From assembly GCF_009914755.1 (NCBI RefSeq), contig NC_060941.1: a stretch of DNA of 64,000 nt; one strand, given 5' to 3'. The position numbers were made by a program, and so were the translations under genes. A model generated the notes under the pieces. That model had not been told where the DNA came from. It did no database searches and was given only the letters and a program-made list of their open reading frames with translations. The number at the start of each line of letters is the position of its first letter. The first letter of the stretch is position 1. Positions 55,387 to 64,000 of the stretch are shown here, piece after piece. Origin of the DNA: the human T2T-CHM13v2.0 reference genome, Homo sapiens.

Positions 55387-55773
55387 ATGGCCCACCCGGT
55401 GCAGTCCGAGTTTCCTTCAGCACAGGAGCCAGGCTCCACCGCATCCCTGGACCTGCCGGAGATGGAGATACTCCTCACCAAGGCAGAGAACAAGGATGAC
55501 AAGACCCTGAATCTGTCCAAGACCCTCTCGGGGCCTCTGGATCTGGAGCAGAACGGCCAGGGCCTACCCTTCAAGGCCATCTCCGAGGGGCACCTGGAGG
55601 CCCCACTGCCTCGGTCCCCCTCCCGGGCCAGCTCAAGGAGGGCGTCCTCCATCGCCACCACCTCCTATGCCCAAGACCAAGAAGCCCCCAGAGATTACCT
55701 CATCCTGGCCGTCGTCGCCTGCTTCTGCCCCGTCTGGCCCCTCAACCTCATCCCCCTCATCATTTCCATCATG
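55387..55773 (+). CDS. TRARG1: Coding exon 1 of trafficking regulator of GLUT4 1 (TUSC5; CD225/dispanin family), 129 codons
   Basis: MAHPVQSEFPSAQEPG...APRDYLILAVVACFCPVWPLNLIPLIISIM contains the CD225 signature. Canonical donor ATG|GTAAGT after 55773 (phase 0). No further exon was recognised in the window. Confidence 0.96.
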
Positions 55774-57296
55774 GTAAGTGCTGGTCTTTGTTCCAGGGGC
55801 AGGGGCTGGGCCCAGGGGTCGGCAGGTGTTTCCCCCAGGCAGGCACCAAACACTGCCCAGGGTGTGGAGAAGAGAGAGCTGGGAGTGGGGGGCTTGGGGA
55901 AGACTCCTTTCCTCACTGGCCTCCTCCTTCCTCTTAGAGAGGGGCCCCGGGGCTGGAAGAGCTCCTGCTCTGTTCTCTCATCTCTGCTTCTGGGCATCAG
56001 AGCTCGACTTTGCACCTGTGTCTGCTGGGGAGGGGCCCTCAGGGAGCTGCCTGGCGATACATCCCGCGGGGCAGAAAGATAGCCAGGCTGGGGGTCTTGC
56101 TGTTTTAGGAGGGACGGGCGGTCCCAAAGGGTCATCGCCAAGTGGGGCTGTCTCAGCAGAGGTTGCACCGGACGGGGGTCCCAGCGCCCATGTGTCCTCC
56201 CAGGCCACCTGGACATGCTCCCAGCCTCTGCCGGCTCCGGTTTCCAAGAGTCGCAGCGGCTTCCCTGCCGTACCCTGAGGGCTCCGGGGCCAGGCTCCCC
56301 CGAGGGGCGCACAAAGCGGGGAGAGCTGGCAGACTGCTCCTCCCGAGGCGTGGAGTTCCCTCCGGAGCCCTCTGCAGCTCCACAGCTACGCTGACTTCAG
56401 CCTCGTCTTCAGGGCAGGGGAGGTCTGGGTCACAAGTGAAAAATGTGAGAGTCAGAGGGCATGGCCTGCCATGCCCAGGAAGGGGCATGGGGCCGGGTCT
56501 GTACTTCCATGGGATTTTGAATGAATTGTCTTAGATTGTCTCCAACCCAAGCCCTTTGGGTAGAGCTACTTATAAAGGATTCCATAGAAAATGTCAGCAG
56601 ATATTGGCAAGTGACTTTTGAAGTCCAGGAAGAAGCGAGAGTTATGAAAGGGTGGGGAGAGGGAGAAGCAGGGCTCAGCAATGATTTCAGAGTGAGGTCA
56701 GGGGCAGGGGGTAGAAAACTGCTGGCCCAGGCTGGTCAGGGCCAGAGGACTAGGTGTGGAGGGGGGTTCCCAAGAGTGACTCCCTGCAGAGTCACCATCA
56801 CCGAACCCCCAGGAGCTGTCCTCTGAGAAAGCTCCTATTTCTTCAAACCACTCTGTCTACCTCAGGGAGGCCCAGTCTCCCAGCAGGGAAGCCTTCCCCA
56901 TCCCACCAAAGCCAGTACTACCTTTCAGGACATCAGGGGGCACTGGCAGCCTTCCTGAGTCTGAGGGACTTGGCATGGGCTGTGGAAGCAGGGCCGGGCA
57001 GGGGCCTTCCGGGCAGCTCTCTGTGATGCCTGCTGTACCTGGGGACCGCTTGCAGGTAAAGCCAGGACCCAGGGGTGCAGCCAGTGGCTGTGGGCAGGGC
57101 CTGCCTCTTGGTTACAGGGAAAGGCCCCAGGAGGGGAAACTGGATTTGGGGAGGGAAGCTACCCAAGGGCTCAGGAGAAAACAGCTGCTGGAATCCATCT
57201 CCTGGTGGGGTGGCAGGGTGCAGGCTGGGCAGGACCTGCCTCTGACAAACAGAGCCTAAGCCCAAGGCAATGAGACCACAGAACCTGCCCCAGTGA

Positions 57297-57974
<678 letters not shown>

Positions 57975-58045
57975 TGAACTCCCGACCTCGTGATCCACCC
58001 ACCTCGGCCTCCGAAAGGGCTGGGATTACAGGTGTGAGCCACTGA

Positions 58046-58399
<354 letters not shown>

Positions 58400-58866
58400 T
58401 GATGAATACCAGGCTGGGCACAGGGAATACATTGCTAACCAGACACTGTTGCCAATTCCCCAGAACCTCCAGTCCGGCAGGAAGGAACTCTTAAACAGAT
58501 TCTTATGACATATTTCCAGAAGTGCCCGTGGTAGACATAAAGTTAAGATAATGAGCTGGGAAAGTCATTCAAACGGCTCTTCTCCCTGGCATTCCCATCT
58601 GCAAAATGGGTATAACCTCAATGCCTGCACGAGAGAGCCGTGAGGGGGTGAAATGAGACGGGCCACACCCAGTGCTTCAGAACAACACCAGGAGGGTGTG
58701 GGGCTCTTACAGGATAATGGGTACGTAAGTGGCAGCGGGGAGCCTCCCGGGGGAGGCAGGAAGCCATCCTGGTGTTTTAGAAATGGCTTTGTTGAGATAT
58801 AACTCACATACCATATGATGCACCCATCTAAAGTGTATTCACAGACAGGTGCAACAACCGCAGTCA

Positions 58867-59191
<325 letters not shown>

Positions 59192-60048
59192 TCAAAAAAA
59201 ATAAAATAAAATAAAGGGCCGGGAGTGGTGGTCATGCCTGTAATCCCAGCACTTTGGGAGGCCGAGGCGGGCAGATCACGAGGTCAGGAGATTGACACCA
59301 TCCTGGCTAACACGGTGAATCCCCATCTCTACTAAAAATGCAAAAAATTAGCCGGGCATGGTGGCAGTGGGCGCCTGTAGTCCCAGCTACTCAGGAGGCT
59401 GAGGCAGGAGAATGGCGTGAATCCGGGAGGCGGAGCTTACAGTGAGCTGAGATGGTGCCACTGCACTCCAGCCTGGGCGACAGAGCAAGATTCTGTCTCA
59501 AAAAAAAAAAGAAAGAAAGAAAGAAAGAAAAGAAAGAAAGAAACCCTGTCCCCTTCAGCTGTCACTCTCCATCCCTGCCCCTCCCAGCCCTGAGCAACCA
59601 CTCATCTCCTTTCTGTTTCTCTAGATCTGCCTATTCTGGACATGAAATGATAAATGGAATCATACAGTATGAGGCCTGTGTTCCTGGCCTCGTTCACTTT
59701 GCATGTCGTCTTCAAGCGTCATCCCTGCCGCAGTGCCGTAGCAGCACGCTGTAGGCTTTGCAGCCGAGAGGAGTGTGGTTGGATCTCCATTTTGCTGGAT
59801 CAGTCTGGGGCAGGGTGAGAGGAGGGGTTGGAGGGGATGAGGCTGGCGTTCAGCAGAGGGGACCCTCGTAGGAATGCAGGCAAGAGGCGAAGAGGCCAGG
59901 ACCAGGGCCAGGGACAGGGCCAGAGGTGGCTCTGAAACCCTCTAAGAGTGGGTTGTACCGACCATTCATTCATTCAGTCGACTTGAACAGCAAGTTGCTT
60001 GTGTTGAGGGAACTAAGTAGTAGAGGACGGTCAGGCCCCTGTGAATGA

Positions 60049-60193
<145 letters not shown>

Positions 60194-60689
60194 TAGCTGG
60201 GACTACAGGCGCCCGCCACCACACCCTGCTAATTTTTTGTATTTTTAGTAGATACGGGGTTTCACTGTGTTAGCCAGGATGGTCTCGATCTCCTGACCTC
60301 GTGATCCACCCGCCTCGGCCTCCCAAAGTGCTGGGATTACAGGCGTGAGCCACCACACCCGGCTGAATGCACCTCTTTTATGAACCAGGCACCGTGTTGG
60401 CATTTGGGAAGCAGATGGATGGGATAAGTAGACGGTCTGGCTGACATGGCAGAAGGCTGCAAGGGGTGTGATGGGAGAGGGAGGCAGCAGGGACTTGCTT
60501 AGGAATTTAAGTTCTGGCTGGGTGCAGTGGCTCGTGCCTGTAATCCCAGCGCTTTGGGAGACAACAAGTGGATCACTTGAGGTCAGGAGTTCGAGACCAG
60601 CCTGGCTAACATGGTGAAACCCCGTTTCTACTAAAAATACAAAAAATTAGCCAGGCGTGGCGGCACACACCTATAATCCCAGCTACTCA

Positions 60690-60869
<180 letters not shown>

Positions 60870-60872
60870 TCA

Positions 60873-61079
<207 letters not shown>

Positions 61080-61714
61080 CTACAGAGCAAGACTCCATCT
61101 AAAAAATGGGAAGGGAAGGGAAGGGTAAGGTCGAGGAGGGGAGGGGAGGGGGAAACTGGAGCCACATCAGAGAGATGTGGGGGTCTCTAACATCTAGGGG
61201 GAGGGCCGAGGGGAGTGGACAGAAAAGTATTTTGAAAAGGAGATTCCAGGAGGTGGAAGGAAATCTTGGAAAGGGGCAGAGACACCCAGGGAGGAGAGAG
61301 TCTGAAGGAGGGAGCGGCCAGCTCCGAGGCCGCTCAGGTTCAATGAGCATGGAAGCATCCACTGCCTTGGCCACGCATAGATCCCTGGTGACCGGGGGAT
61401 GGAGGGGCCTTGGCAAAATGGGAGGGATGATGGATGAGCTGAGGTCCTGGAAGCAGTGGAGAGATGCGATCCAGAGCCCAGGAAGAAAGACACCCTGTCC
61501 CTGGCAGCCTGAAGGAGAGGCCGTGAGGGCAGAGGCCGATGGAACTGCTCAGAGGGAAGGGGCTGGCTCACGCTGCACGGCCACCAGGCCTCCAGGGATG
61601 TGGGTCCAAGGTCGTTTGCTAAGAACTAGGGGCCTGGTGGCAGCAGGGAGGGGAGGTGACCAGGCACAGACAGGCCAATGGCCCAAGGCCTCTGCTGAGG
61701 CTGGAGACCACAGA

Positions 61715-62270
61715 TGTGGGGTGTTGTTGGCCTGTGGGGTGTTGCTGTCGGCCTGTGAGGTGTTATCGGCCTGTGGGGTGTTATCGGCCTGCGGGTTGTT
61801 ATCAGCCTGTGGGGTGTTGTTGTCGGCCTGTGAGTTGTTATCGGCCTGTGGGGTGATGTTATCAGCCTGTGGGGTGTTTTTATCAGCCTGTGGGGTGTTA
61901 TCGGCCTGTGGGGTGTTGTTGGCCTGTGGGTGTTGTCAGCCTGTGGGGTGTTGTCAGCCTGTGGGGTGTTATCGGCCTGTGGGGTGTTATTGGCCTGTGG
62001 GGTGTTGTTTTCGGCCTGTGGGGTGTTATCGGCCTGTGGGGTGTTGTTATTGGCCTGAGGGGTGTTATCAGCCTGTGGGGTGTTGTTGGCCTGTGGGTGT
62101 TGTTTTCGGCCTGCGGGTGTTGTTTTCGGCCTGTGGGGTGTTATCAGCCTGTGGGGTGTTATTGGCCTGTCAGGTGTTATCAGCCCGTGGGGTGTTGTCG
62201 GCCTGTGGGGTGTTGTTGTCGGCCTGTGGGGTGTTGTTGTCGGCCTGTGGAGTGTTGTTATTGGCCAGCC
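61715..62270. repeat. VNTR with an 18-21-bp unit (GGCCTGTGGGGTGTT[GTT]ATC) in TRARG1 intron 1
   Basis: Roughly 28 degenerate copies by eye. Confidence 0.93.
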
Positions 62271-63029
62271 GGGTGTGATTTGCTCCAGCTGTAGGTGTAG
62301 GTTCCCAGACATGCATATCAGGTCAACCCAAGTCTGAGGATGGCAGAGTTGCTGTGAGAGCAGGGCCAGGTGGTGAGGAGGATGCTGGTGAGGTGGCTGA
62401 GATGACACATCGAAGGGTTGGGCTGTGCTGGGAGGGAGCGAGGCCAGGAAGATGGTGATAGACTTGGAAGAGAAAAGGGGCCATGGGCTGAGAGAAGACA
62501 AAGGGCATGAGAGGGTGAGAGGGAAGTTGGGAGTTGAGTTTCAAAGGAGGAATCAGGTCAGGGGATGGCAAAGGGGTGGAGTGTAGTTGTGGAAATGAAT
62601 TTCTAAAGGGAAAAATCAGTAGCCAGGGAGGAGAGAGTTGAGGGAGCCCAGTGTTGAGGGCTAATATTACTAATACTCACTGAGTACCTACTAAATGTTA
62701 GGTACAGTTCCAAATTCTTTTTGTTGTTATTGTTGTTTTTGTTTTTTTTTGTTTTCTTTTTTTGAGACAGAGTCTCGCTCTGTCACCCAGTCTGGAGTGC
62801 AGTGGCACAATCTTTGCTCACTGCAAGCTCCGCTTCCCAGGTTCACGCCATTCTCCTGCCTCAGCCTCCTAAGTAGCTGGGACTACAGGGGCCCACTACC
62901 ACGCCTGGCTAATTTTTTGTATTTTTATAGTAGAGATGGGGTTTCATTGTGTTACCAGGATGGTCTCAATCTCCTGACCTCGTGATCCACCTGCCTCAGC
63001 CTCCCAAAGTGCTGGGATTACAGGTGTGA

Positions 63030-63395
<366 letters not shown>

Positions 63396-63610
63396 TGAAC
63401 TCTAGTCCTGACCTCAGCCTCTCTCTGTTGCCCGGGGACATCATGGCACCCATCACTCCTCAGTCTCATCCCCCTTCCCTCTTTGCAGCTCTCTTCCTCT
63501 CCCGTCTGGAAGAAACCCCTTTTATCCACCCGGTTGTATTTGCTCTGCCATCACCTATTCGCTTCCACTGCTGAGCTCCTAAGAGCTGCCTCCACGTGCT
63601 GTCTGAGCTT

Positions 63611-64000
63611 CATCCCCCACCAGCTCCCCATCCCCCACGGGCTCCTCATCCCCCTCCAGCTTCTCATCCCCCACCGGGTTCCCCATCCCCCACGGGTTCC
63701 CCATCCCCCACGGGCTCCTCATCCCCCACGGGTTCCCCATCCCCCATGGGCTCCCCATCCCCCATGGGCTCCTCATCCCCCACAGGTTCCCCAACCCCCA
63801 CAGGTTCCTCATCCCCCACTGGGTTCCCCATCCCCCACGGGTTCCTCATCCCCCACGGGTTCCCCATCCCCCATGGGTTTCCCATCCCCCACGGGCTCCC
63901 CATCCCCCTCCAGCTTCTCATCCCCCACGGGTTCCCCATCCCCAATGGGTTCCCCATCCCCCATGGGCTCCTCGTCCCCCTCCAGCTTCTCATCCCCCAC
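63611..64000. repeat. VNTR with an 18-bp unit (CATCCCCCACGGGTTCCC), continuing beyond the window
   Basis: Tandem catcccccacgggttccc / catcccccatgggctcct variants. Confidence 0.93.

Noticed and set aside
55774-56082. C-terminal part of the 231-aa TRARG1 ORF
   Set aside because: Intron read-through after a perfect GTAAGT donor.
56456-56490. Possible p53/p63 element (gggcatggcc tgccatgccc)
   Set aside because: Several mismatches to RRRCWWGYYY x2; plausible by chance in GC-rich DNA.
61106-62501. Cys-rich 390-aa ORF resembling keratin-associated proteins
   Set aside because: A translation of the intronic VNTR with frequent unit-length frame shifts; no gene structure.

Overview
Human genomic DNA from the ABR-BHLHA9-TRARG1(TUSC5) locus on 17p13.3, recognised from the encoded proteins; a hominid SVA element supports the species call. 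Three coding features are supported. (1) A minus-strand first exon in a CpG island (ATG 4648, GT donor after 3811; 838 nt, phase 1) encodes a BCR-like N-terminal oligomerisation coiled coil and is most likely a distal first exon of ABR. (2) The intronless bHLH gene BHLHA9 lies at 45529-46236 (+). (3) Coding exon 1 of TRARG1/TUSC5 lies at 55387-55773 (+), and its intron 1 runs off the window. The rest is very Alu-dense (about 95 full or partial copies by eye), with a full-length SVA, an LTR8-like solo LTR, MaLR LTRs, old L1/L2/MIR/hAT fragments and several VNTRs/STRs. The most interesting observations are the BCR-exon-1-like ABR exon (ABR is usually described as lacking this domain), an SVA nested in an Alu left monomer with two pairs of target-site duplications, and a CpG island ~10 kb upstream of BHLHA9 with an inverted pair of posterior-HOX/PBX sites plus a p63-type half-site. 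Nearly all other ORFs in the track are Alu, repeat or GC-content artefacts. Comparisons with BCR and reference TRARG1 were made from memory, not from a database search.
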